From Octopus sinensis (Eukaryota), in the NCBI RefSeq assembly GCF_006345805.1, contig NC_043012.1:55676001-55740000 (forward strand): a stretch of DNA of 64,000 nucleotides, in the 5' to 3' direction. The position numbers were made by a program, and so were the translations under genes. Shown piece by piece: positions 25,001 to 37,877 of this stretch (the stretch's first letter is position 1; every line of letters starts with the position of its first letter). The notes under the pieces are model-generated. The model did no database searches. It saw only the letters and a list, made by a program, of their open reading frames with translations, and was not told the DNA's origin.

Positions 25001-28000
25001 CAAGCAACCAGGCAGAAGCTCTCCTTTTGGTTTGTGCATTCTTCATTTTTATGTATTTGTAACCCATGTGATTACTCCAGTAAGGTTTCACCAAGATATA
25101 CTTGTACAAATGCTACATGAGCAAGTCAATGGCCCACACAATAATACTGCTGCCAATGCGAGGCTATCACTTGGAGATTTTTGGTGGAATTTAAGCCAAT
25201 TTAGATCTTACACCCAGTATAGAACATGACCTGGTTTTGACCATTTCAAGAAACATCACCTTTGAATATTGCCTTGAATATGCTAACAGATACATATTTT
25301 TCCAAATAGTTATATAAGTAATGAGAGAAATGGGGAACAAAAACTTACTTGTGGCACATCTAACCATTTCTCTGCAGCTTCCATAGCTTCCTTAGCATTC
25401 TTCAGTTTGTTTTTGGGTGCCCAATCAGCCCAGTCGGGACACAGACCTAATTAAAAGAAAAAATATGAGGAAGTCAAATTAAATATGAAATAAAGCCTAA
25501 CAAACAAGAAACAATCGTTTAATATCAAATTCATAATTGTAGTTTAAAGAATTTTATGTCTAGTTCTGACTTCTTTCCGACTTCGTAGAAGAAATTAAAT
25601 CTGGGTGAAGTTTAAGATATATCACAAGAAGTTTTTTGCCAAAGGTTAACCTCATTTGAGTAAACCCATGGTCAAAGATGACCCAGCTGTGATCATTACA
25701 ATTTTGCTCATTTATTATAAAGATGATTGTGTTGAGGGAGATTTGGCTGTTATTTCGAGAAAATTAAATGAATGCATAGAGACTCCCTCACTGACTGGCT
25801 TGTATGTCAGTTAGCCAGAGGGTCCCCTTTGGAATTTTTTATGCCTACTTTAGTGAATATAAACGCTGGAATCAAGACCAAGCCATAAATATTGTACACC
25901 GACTTCTATACAACCATCACCCCGACAATTGTTACAATTCCTTGATATGCTTCCACTAAAGTTTGAATGCTGTTGAGTTATTCTTAATATTATAATTTTC
26001 TGCAGAAATTCAAATTTCCATTTATGGATGAAACTGGAAGGTTCCTTTAGAAACAGTAGGCAGAAGTTATGTGTGTACATGTATGAGTGCTTCTGCCTCC
26101 TAACAGAGTAAGCACACCTTGGACAAACTGCATTGGCTGTGATATTGCCCCATGCTTAGCTTTGGTAAGTTAGAAAAAAAAAAAAAAAAAATGTAACAGC
26201 TACCTAAAATATCTTTTTTTAAAAAATATTGTATTGTATTTTACCTGGTCCGCAAGCATCAACCAAAGCACCAATTGCTCGGCCATCGTTCCAATCAGTA
26301 GTGAAGTTATTAATTGGCAAATCTCCACATTTGCCTTGGATCCAGTTAAGAAGCCTTTGTTTAGGAGTGGGACCTCCAGCACCTGGTGCTGGTTCTTCCC
26401 CTTCCCACATAGGCATCGAGATGGAATAGTGAAGAATAAGAGTCCATATTAGACCCAAAATCAGCTTAAGCTTCTGATCAACAATATCACCACTGTCTGA
26501 AAAATTAAATAAATGATTCATATTTAGTATATATGTTAACAGTCAAATACCGGATTTTAAAAAAATTCAAAAATTTTCACAATGCTTTTATTAAAAACAT
26601 AATTCAAAATATAAACAATGACAAGTTTCCAAAATAGTCAGAAATAACTTATGGTTTTATAAACAAAGATTTAGAATAACTTAGCCAAAATGTCAGCCAC
26701 AGTCAAAGATCAAATTCCTCCAAGTTTTATTATGTAGTTCTGGGTCAATCATTGGATCAAGCCATGAAAAACAAATTTTATACAGTTATTTAAAAAGATT
26801 TTGTTAATTATTAGAAATAGTGGTATAAGCCACTTTTCTCAATTCTGCACCCTCCACTCAATCAAAGGGTTTTATCTTGCAGACTATGTGTCAACCACAT
26901 TAATCCTGAGCAACATGGAAAACACCCAGCACATTCTGTAAAGTGGTTGACCTTAGGAAGGGAATCCACCAGTAGAAACCATGCCAAAACAGACACAGGA
27001 ACCCAACAAAGTCCTCCAACCTATCAAACCATCCAATCAATGCCAGTATGGAATATGGACACTAAATGATAATGTAATAATTGTAGAAATTAGAAGTTTA
27101 GATTAGCTTTTGGATATATTTTTCAGACTTGTTTTACAGTTTTTTTTGTTATTTAATAATCAGCAAAAAAAAAAGTTGGGTTTTCTCCCCCCACAAAATA
27201 AAAAAAAAAAAAAAATCTTTGGTATTTGTTCCCAATACATATAAAAGATTTTTATATTCTTTGGAAGTCACAAATACTAAAAGTTTTATTAATGGATTTT
27301 AAATTATTTCGCTCAAATATCATGGAGAGTAAACATGTCATTACAAGGATAGAAAAATAAAAACCAACAGGGAATTAACAAACATTGACTACGACACCTT
27401 AATTATAGTGTAGAAGAATCCAAATATTCAGTTTTCAACTAAAACAACACAAATGAGTTCCCAAGACAATTTACTTAAGAAAAAAAATAAAAATAAAAAA
27501 GAATTGTAGTCCAAGACAAAAATAATCTACCAGAATCCTAATTTGGATGTCTGCAATTCTGATAACCAAAAGGAAGAACTTATGAAAAGACCTAAATGAA
27601 AAGTGGATTTGAGTCATTTTGTTATTCTTCATGCTTTCACAAACTACCATGACTCATATCAGGGACACCAGGCTGCTACTACTGTTGCTGCAGATTACTT
27701 TACATCAGTGGTTCTCAGCTGTGGTTCTCAGCTGGGGTCCATATGCCCCCCCCCCCCCAAAGAGTCCATGTAATAGTTTTGGTGGGTCCACAACAAAATA
27801 GTAAATTGGGGGTCCACAATGGTATTTTAAGGGTCCCTGAAAAAATTTTTGCCTAAGATGTATGTATTGGTATATATTGCAAGAAACAGCTAGGTTTCTT
27901 TAACATTTTACATAATTCAACCTCCACAAGTTAATGTGTGAAAACCAAAATAGAAATTTTGAAAGAAGTTTGGCTATGGGGGTCCACTAGAATAAAATAG

Positions 28001-31000
28001 TAATGAAATGGGTCCATAGATTAAAAAAAAATGGTTGAGAACTACAGCTTTACACCCTAAATGTCTGGAGTATCTAGTAATCTATTTTAGACAGCAGTCA
28101 AAAACTGAGTGGGCGAGCTGGCATGGTGTGTGTATGGTGGGAGAGATTTCATTAACCAAACCCATCTTTCGACATTTGTAGCCTTATGTCAATGATAGAA
28201 TTCATTACCATACAAAATATATTCCCATGACAATGTTTTTGATCCTAAAACCCCTTCACTTACACCACACTGTCATCAGAATTATAATTTTGGTGGAGGT
28301 TTTAGAGTGTCAGACAATGCTAAGCAGTAATTGTCTTGAATCTTTAAATTGCTGATTTCAAATCACTCTGAATCCAATTTTGCTTTTTATCCTTACAGGG
28401 TCAATGAAATTAAAGTACCAGTCAAGAACTGGGTTGATGGTATCAACTGACTCCCTTGCCTACATTTCAGGCCATGTGTCTCTCCTAAAGTCATCATTAC
28501 TATGGCAGTGAGCTGGTTGACCTGTTAGTGCAAAGAAAATACTTCCAGCTCTTTATATTCTAAGTTCAAATTCCTGCCACAATCATGGCCTTTTATCCTT
28601 TCAGGATTGATTAAAGTCAAGTACCAGTCAAGTACTGGGGGAGTCAATGAAATCAAATGACCCCCCTTAAAACTGCTGGCTGTGTGCCTATAATAGAAAC
28701 AATTATTACATAGCCCTATACCTAACTTAATATTTTGTTTACTTTTCTTAAAAAAAAAAAAAAAAAAATCCCCACATATATCTAGGATTTATTTCCAAAT
28801 TTGTAAAAAAAAAAAAAACTTAGAAAAACCATGTAATATGAATACATGTAGTAAATGCTTCTTTCTCCTATCATTGTTAAAATTCCCTAAACAAGTAGCA
28901 TATTTTGAAGAAATTGAGATTTGACAGATTACAGCAGTATTACTAAAACTGTAAACCGATCAGCTTTAGGAATTTTCTGTACTAAATGTACAACTTTCAG
29001 AGTAAGACTTATTTCTCTTCAGTGTAGAATTTCAAAACACTAAGTATTCTTGTTTGGAATTCTTCAATTATCAACAATTATCAACAAATGGCTATGCTCT
29101 ATGGATAATCTACTATAATAAAAGAGGTTAAACTGTTACTACTTATGCAAAGTGGCAGAATTCTAATATATGATTTTTGATTTAAGCACAAGAGCAGCAA
29201 TTTTGAGGTGGGTGGAGAAGTTAATACCATTGATTGCAGCAGGAGACTGGTCAATCTTGGAAAGATGAGAGGTAAAGCTGACCTTGACAAGAATTGGACT
29301 CAAAGTGGGACATAGTGAATAATGTCCAACATATGCACAAATAGAATTACTGTGATTGGAATGTCTTTGATTAAGATCTGTTGAATCCAGATTCATCTGG
29401 AGTTAAACACCACAACTGACAACAAGTATCAGAAGTTTTAAGAATTTATTTTTTGAAACCTTAGTGTTGCTGCTATTTCTTCACGTGTCAATAACTGATA
29501 AGATAGAGGACTGAAAAACACTGATGTATGGAATGTATAAATAGAAACAGAGGGAATATTTTTGCAAAATCCATATAGCGCTCCCTACTTCACCAGAAAA
29601 GAAAAAATAAAATAAAGCTCTATATCACAATGCACCAACATGGGTCACAACCTACTTGTTACAAAAAATATTACATATTAGAAATAAATTAACTGCTGTG
29701 ATTTTCAATATAAATTGATATGAGAAAAACATGATTATAGCCCTTCTCCACCTTGATGAGATTAGGTGGCGAGCTGGCAGAAACGTTAGCATGCCGGGCG
29801 AAATGCTTAGTGATATTTCGTCGGGCGCTGCATTCTGAGTTCAAATTCCGAAGTTGATTTTGCCTTTCATCCTTTCGGGGTCAATTAAATAAGTACCAGT
29901 TACACACTGGGGTCAATATAATCGACTTAATCTGTTTGTCTGTCCTTGTTTGTCCCCTCAGTGTGTAGCCCCTTGTGGGTAGTAAAAAAATAAGAAATAT
30001 GTATCATTTGAAGAGCAACTATTTTTCTTTTTTTTTAAAGAAAATCACAAAGAAAGAAAGAAAAAAGAAAAATCAGTAGTTTCACTTCCTACTTCCTTAT
30101 GTTATCAGGTTGAAAGTCTGACCTGATGACTTCATTGACAAATGAACTGCTATGTGTCCCTTCATGGGAAAATGCAAAATTAATTTCCTCCACCGTTTTC
30201 CTTCAGTTTTTTTTTTCTCTCCCTGCCACCCCCCACACAAGATACCATCTTGGTATGATTTAGACAAGTTCACCACACCTGTCTTGGCACCAGAATGCAT
30301 AGAAATAGAGAAAATACAACAAAGCATTTCGTTCCATGCCCTAACAAGTTCACTGTCCTGAACAGGTTATTTTATTTTATCAAAATATTTTATCTGATGT
30401 ATCATAACGAATGTAAATTGTTGATGGGCCAGTTACTGCAGTATTTATATCAAGACAACTACTGGAGTAATAGCCTATCATGAGTATGTATACATTAAGT
30501 ATGATACGTAAGTAGCTATTTTAAATATTGCCTCAATTGTATATACTGAATTATCAGTTCATTGATCCCCACCACCCTGCCTCATAAGGATGAGAAGTGA
30601 TATTGGTTTAATCAGAATTTGAACTATAATATAAAGAGTTGGAACAAATACTGCAAAGTATTTGCTCCGACACTAAAAAGTTTGCCACTTCCAACAAACA
30701 TTTTCTCTTGGAAATCACAAACTATAACAATAGAAAAATAAAAAAATTTTACCTCTGTTTTAACCCTTTCATTACTGTATTTATTTTGAGATGCTCTGTT
30801 TCTTTCAATTATTTTAGATAAAACAAAGAATTTATGAAAATAACTTAGTTATCATTCAGCTAGTGTTAGGAACATAAATTGTGACTAAGGTTTGGTGGAA
30901 GATTTTAATTCAAACCTTATGAAAACAAGACATTTGTACTCAGATCCAGAGCCGGTTTCAGCCGGGTTGGTAACGAAAGGGTTAATTAACAGTCACTCTT

Positions 31001-34000
31001 GTACTTAATCAGACTAAAAATATATTGCTTTCGGTGCTAATGAAATCAATACAGTTTATTTGTATCAATTGTCACGCACACTCACGGTACATGCAAGTCC
31101 TCTCCTTACTAGGATTATGTTGAGAAGTATATAAGTCAAATAATTCAGTCACACACACAGTACAACTAAGTATACAATGCTACAAGCAAGCATTAATTAA
31201 TTTAGCACTGTACAAATCAACTAATATTTCATTTCAGTCTTTCCATACCAATCATTGTGCAATTAAAATTTCTCCCATCGATACCTTTTTAACAAAAACA
31301 GGGATGAAAAAGCTTTCTGGAATAAAATTAATGAAATAAATAAATGGAAACTGAATTGGTGAGTGTGTTATATTAAGGCACTACGACTCCCCAGACCCAA
31401 AATGTTTCAGCACAAATTTACATCAAGGATCTTGCTAACCAGATACAAAAATGAAGTGACATTTAAGCCTTACTGAAGAGGTACAATATGCTGAAATGTG
31501 TTTGGAATTATCTCCCATGCTTGTCAAATTTAAAATCAGTCAATGGTTAATTTTTTTGTTATTGTTTTTCCTGCTTTCCTCTATTTCTAGTTTTGCATTT
31601 TAATACTCTTGAATTACATATGTTAAAACTAACATAATTATAGCTTATGCAGATGGTATCTCATTTATTCTCCATGATACACAGCCCAGTGATATACAAC
31701 AACTAGCAACCATTGGAAGATAAAACCTAATCTTGTGGAAAGCAGCAGCAACAACAACAACAACAGCAACAACGGTGCTTGGTCAGAGAATAGTTTGATA
31801 AATTGAAATGCCATGAGAAGTGGCAAGTCTAAACAACCAACTCTTATCTCAGAAAGAGAGGAAGAGAGAGAGTGTTGTTGCTAAGGAAACATCATCAACA
31901 TCATCATTTGACATCCATTTTCCATGCTGGCATGGGTCGGACAGTTACATAGAAGCTGGCAAGGCCAGGAGTCACACCAGGTTCTCTCGTCTATTTTGGT
32001 TTCTAGAGCTGGATGCCCTTCTTAACACCAACCACTGATGTAGAGTTGTTCTGCATTGTTTCTCTCAATCTCCTGAGCAACAACACTATGTCCAGAGACA
32101 AGATGTCAACGGTGGGGTCAAATATGTGATCCCTCAGCAGGTATTCGTTGTCATTAATTTACATCTGGGTTTTCACTTGGATGAAATTTTGTGAGTATTC
32201 TATAGCTCGATGCACTTTCTGATTCCACCCTACCTTCATTTTTATTGTTTATGGGGCAAGTGTATTCCACCAAGCTGTAGAAAATATTGTTTAATTTTGG
32301 GACACAAATGCCACCGCTGCCCGAACAGTGTCAATATGAGGAAATACAAAAACACAAATACAGGGGGATTCAAAATGAATGGTGCAAAAAAGATGCATTT
32401 TCTTTTTGTATCTTTCAGTTTGAATTACTCTGTATACAATGCCGAATTTCACTCAAAAGCAACAGATGAATTTGAGGCCAGTAGAAACCTTTTGCCCAAT
32501 ATGCTATACAATGGAATTGAAACAATATAGTTTCATAGTGACATTAACTACATAGACACGCCTGTATGTACAATTCAGTGAATAGTTTGAAGGCTATGTC
32601 AAGCTGATTAGGTCAGAATAATACCCAAACATATCTCGAATTGTTTCCCTGTACTTGAACAGAAAAGAGAAAAAAAATTAGTCATTGATTTAGTCTTTTG
32701 CTTACCACATTATTATTTCTAATTAACGTAATACAACCTGCATTAAATGTGTTAGCTATTGTTTTTTCTTTATTAGTTTTTTTTAGTTTTTTTCCTTCAT
32801 CTCTGAATCATTTATTTAAAAAACAGTCGAGGCTGATCCTACACAGAAGCTTCGCTGATCAACCATCTAATTAATTTAATGTGAAATTATGTAAACTTAG
32901 TCAATAAGATTTGTGTAAAGCAGTAGCACTACTTTGCAGTCAAAATATTTACAGTTCAAGGATAAATGGCGGGGGAGGGGGAAGATAGTAAAACACAAAC
33001 CTAATAAAAAAGGTGAATTATAATCTATGCCATGTTAACTAAACAACTTCAAATTTAATATGTAAGCATTTATTTTATAGAATATGGCAAGGGTGGATGA
33101 ATAATATAAACACCACAATAGCTTAAATAATATATGGGAACAATAATGTCATGAACTACATATATTTAGTCTATTAAAGAATTAAATGGGTTTATTAAAT
33201 GCATTAAAATAAGAAAAATAATAGAGAGGACTACATAAGCTGATTTCTTAGAAAAGGCGCTCCATGTAAGGTCATTCCATTTATCTTGTACTATATACAT
33301 TAGCATAGGTTTTTTAGAATTTATTTTATTGCCATACCTAAAAGAAAATATGTAAAAAGTAAAAAAGAAGTGGGGAGTTTTGAAAACAGCATTTTCACAC
33401 TACACCGTTTCTTCTTCCCACACAAACATCCCAACTGGCAAGCGACTGACAGTGGCAGCAGCAGCAGCAGCGGTAGCAGCAATGACAAAAGTCAACAGTT
33501 TGTCAGAAAAGGCTGGGTTAATTATAGCAGGAAATCATGAGGAGAGAGAGAGAGAGAAGAAGAGTGAGAGAGAAGAGAAAAAAAGAGAGAGAGAAGAGAA
33601 AGAAAAGAGAGAGAGAAGAGAAAGAAAAGAGAGAGAGAAGAGAAAGAAAAGAGAGAGAGAGAAGAGAAAGAAAAGAGAGAGAGAGAAGAGAAAGAAAAGA
33701 GAGAGAAGAGAAGAAAAGAGAGAGAAGAGAAAGAAAAGAGAGAGAGAAGAGAAAGAAAAGAGAGAGAGAAGAGAAAGAAAAGAGAGAGAGAAGAGAAAGA
33801 AAAGAGAGAGAGAAGAGAAAGAAAAGAGAGAGAGAAGAGAAAGAAAAGAGAGAGAGAAGAGAAAGAAAGGAGAGAGAGAAGAGAAAGAAAAGAGAGAGAG
33901 AAGAGAAAGAAAAGAGAGAGAGAAGAGAGAGAAAAGCAAAGAGAGAGAGAAATGTGAAAAAAGAGAGAAATGTGAAAAAAGAGACATTAAGAGAAAGAAA

Positions 34001-34892
34001 GAGTAAAAAGTGAACAGAAGAAAGAGAGAGAGAGAGAGAGATATAGAAAGTAGAGAAAAAAGAAAAGAAAAAAGAAAACCAACAAGAAACAAAAATAGTT
34101 CAGATACAAACTTAGTCTGCTGCTAGCTTAGGTTTTATTTATTCTGCCCACCCTGAGTCTCACCCCTGGCAGAAATTCCATATAAGGTAAGATTTCATCT
34201 GTCCAGTGTTAAGAAAGCAAAACTTTGCACAGTATTATCCTTAGGTGGTAGTAGCAGCAGAAGGAATTTGATATAGGGGATGAGTTATAAAGTAGTTGGG
34301 GTGGGGGTTTGGGGGTGCCGGTGACCGGGCAGTGGATTAGATATGAACAGTTTAAGTCCTGTTTTAGATCAATTTTGACAAGGAATGTACACAGAGGAAA
34401 GGAAATATAACTAAAATAAATAAAAATCAATTGCATGAAGTCCACTCCTATTTAAAAGACAGCGGAAAGGAAATAAAATTTTATTTGCAAAGAAAAAAAA
34501 ACAAAAAAAAAACACGAAAATTAAAAATAAATAAACCAACAACCCACCTTGATATTTAATTAATATAAGTATAATTGCTTAATATTAGCTAATATTATAA
34601 TATAGTGGGTGGTAATATAAGAAAAAAAAGTATTTTGATATCTGTTCTAGCAATTGTGGAAGTATAAAGCATGACTGGTTAACTACAATTTGATAATATA
34701 AAGAGATATGTGTAAGTTTAAGAAAGGTGTACGTATGTATACACTCTGAATGCACTGAAATGAACCCAAACACAATGTAAGAGGTTGTGCTTGAGCCATG
34801 GATGATGAATTAGCAGTTTTTCAAGCTTTGATGTCAGAAACACAGCATTAGAAATGAAAAAGGCCAGGTTTATAAAGCCTACTAGTCTAAAT

Positions 34893-34930
<38 letters not shown>

Positions 34931-37822
34931 ACACGCATGTGCACATCATGGTCGAAGTTCACTGTTTAGGAAGGAAGTTGGTTAGGCCACTTAAGCAGAG
35001 CTTTTATCGTTTGTTTCAATCAGGCGCAGAACTTGGCAAGGAGTTCGTTCCCCCCCCCCATCACATGGTTCCTGGTTCAATCCCATTGTACAGGTCCTTG
35101 GACAAGGTTGGTTGGTATCCCAGGCCAACCAACCAGCCAACCAACGAAAGCCTTGTGAATAGGATATGGCAGACAGAAATTGAATCAAAGCGGCGATCTG
35201 GCAGAATCGTTAGCACACTGGGTGAAATGCTTATTGGTATTTCGTTTGCCGTTATGTTCTGAGTTCAAATTCCGCCGAGGTCGACTTTGCCTTTCATCCT
35301 TTCGGGGTCGATAAATTAAGTACTAGTTACACACTGGGGTCAATGTAATCAACAATCTGTTTGTCTGTCCTTGTTTGTCCCCTCTATGTTTAGCCCCTTG
35401 TGGGCAATTAAGAAATAAGAAACAGAAAGAAGCCTGTCATGTGTGTGTGTGTGTCCCACCATCACCACCTGACAATTAGTGTTGGTGAGATTACATCCAT
35501 GTAACTTAGCAGTTCAGCAAAAGAGTGACAGAATAAGTGCCAGGCTTAAAATAAAGAAAAAAAAAAAGTCCTGGGATGATGGGTGGGGGGTTCAATTTGA
35601 CTAAAAACCCTTAAAAGGTGGTGCTCCAGCATGGCCACAGTAAAACAGCAGAAACAAAAATAAAAATATTCCAATATTTGGTTTCAGATACTGGTAGATA
35701 TCAAATATTCCATATCTAGGCGCTAAGAAACAAACTGTGACAAGTTTAATAATCTCAGTAAAACAACAAACAAAGATTAAACCAAAAGGGGGAACAAACT
35801 GCTTGCGTTACCCAAAGCCTTGGTTCTTCAAGAAAAAAATAAAAAGGACAAAAAAAGAAACAAAATGGTACATGAACTTTTCAACTCTTAAATTACAAGG
35901 AAAGACTGGTAACTATTCCACTAATGCTAAATATGAAGCAGGAACCATCAGAAAATGTGTCAAAGGGGCTCAGAGTACAGAGAGGAAGTAGAAATATCTA
36001 AGAGATTGAGTGTGGGATTTGACTGAACCAGAGACACCTCAGTGGATCTGGAATTTCCTTTTTGTGTGTGTGTGAGTGTGTGTGTGTGTAACAATCGAAA
36101 GTCCATGAGCCACTTGACTGGTTTGGCCATTTTTGAATTCTTTTTTGTTTGAATGATCTGTGCATAGTATAGCGCAAAGGACAAAAAAGTGAAAACAAAA
36201 AACTTAATATGAATACAATGACTATTAGATTAGTCATTTTAGATTGATCTGCCTAGAAGTTGTTATTATTGTTATTATTATTATTATTGGCATTTCACCT
36301 GGCTTTTTGTTCTGAGTTCAAATGCTGCCAGAGCCAACTTTACCTTTCATACTTTATGGGTCAATAAAATAAGTACCAGTTAAGTACTGGGGTTGATGTA
36401 ATAAACTTACTCACTCCTGAAACATGCTGCCCTTGTGGCAAAATTTGAAACCATTATCATCATGGCAGCAATCTAGCAGAATTGTTAGCACATTTGAGAA
36501 AAATGCTTAGGAGCACTTCATCTGTCTTCGTGTTCAGAGTTCAAACTCTGCCAAGTTGGACTGCCTTTCATCATGAAAAGTGAGTGTTTTTGGAAAGGGA
36601 CAGTGACAACTCCAGACTTGTTTCTGTTTTCTTGAACCTTATCAGCAAAGCACAGTTTAAGCAATAAACAACATATTTGATAAACATGTCTTGATGTGTT
36701 AGACAGTTGTATGGTACTTACTGTATCAAACATTTTTTGCTGAACCACTAGATTACAAGGATGTAAAGAAACCAAGGCCAGTTATGAAGAAATGAGAAAG
36801 ACATAACCCACCAGCACCAAATGATGCACAGTTTCTATTCACTAAATTCACTGAAGGCATTATTTGACTCAGGGCTATAAAATAAAATGTGGCATGCAAT
36901 AGGACTTGAACCCAATACCACATGACTGGAAAGCAAATTTCATAACTGCATAGCCAGCTTCATGCTTAAGAACCTCAACCCTACCCTAACGGTTCAGTTG
37001 AATGGAAGGAGCTATGTCCATAGGGTTTTGCAAGGCCTCCAAAACATGCGACTAATGTTCCTCTTGAACAACTATTACAAGCTGAGGGATGCAGGGGAGA
37101 CATAACAGAAGGAATTCCAGAGGGTGGGGAGCATTCTGAAAAGGAAAGACTAGGCATTGTACATGCCAATATACTGTGAACTTTAAGGCAGTGAGCTGAC
37201 AGAATAGTAAGAGCACAAAACAAAATGCTTAATGGCATTTTGTACGATTTTTACATTCAGTGTTGAAATCCCATCAGGGTCACCTTGCTTTTATCCTTTC
37301 GGAGTTGATAAAATAAGGAGTTGAGCAATAAGGTCAATGTAATCGACTTAGCCCCTTCCCTGAAACTGCTGGCCTTGTGCTAAAATTTGAAATGAATGTA
37401 CTGTGACCTTATAGGTTTTATATCATGTTCATGACAAAAAGGATTGTAATAAAAAGACATAACCATAAAGAGAGACAGTACTTCAAAGTACCTCATTTTC
37501 ATTCCCATGTTCCCTCTAGGCCTTGGATAACAAGGTTTTATCAATGAAGAAGAAAAACTGGTTGAACTCAAAACTAAATGATAAAACAAAACAAAACAAA
37601 AAAAACAGGAAAATAACTAAAATGTTCACCTAATAAATTAGGAATAATTACTTCTAAAATTATGTGAATAGTAGAAAATTATGGCTACTAAAAAGGAAGA
37701 TTAAAAATATATGAGTCAGATGAAAAGAAAGTTTCTCACATAGGCATGGAGCCAAATTTGAAGTGGAACAGGGAAGGACATGATTGAATTAAACACGAGC
37801 AGATGACGTGATGGTGTGTGTG

Positions 37823-37877
<55 letters not shown>

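Noticed and set aside
2281-26452. Plus-strand ORFs overlapping filamin exons (e.g. 2281-2538, 10327-10590, 21314-21694, 26229-26452)
   Set aside because: Antisense shadows of coding exons with no independent coding signal.
29163-29396. 77-aa minus-strand ORF starting at an AG|ATG, a possible alternative filamin exon
   Set aside because: No filamin similarity; part of it resembles a decayed family-A SINE core (AAGGTCAGCTTTACCTCTCATCTTTCC); no convincing donor.
32359-32555. Possible Tc1/mariner MITE (TACAGGGG... / ...CGCCTGTA)
   Set aside because: The ends match over only about 6 bp, insufficient to call TIRs.
33380-34092. Three long ORFs (208, 185 and 158 aa) rich in R/E/K or L/S/F
   Set aside because: They are translations of the purine minisatellite; no splice signals or domain content.
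35609-35618. Perfect CArG CCTTAAAAGG
   Set aside because: Lies inside a family-B SINE and is best explained as mutational drift of the repeat.
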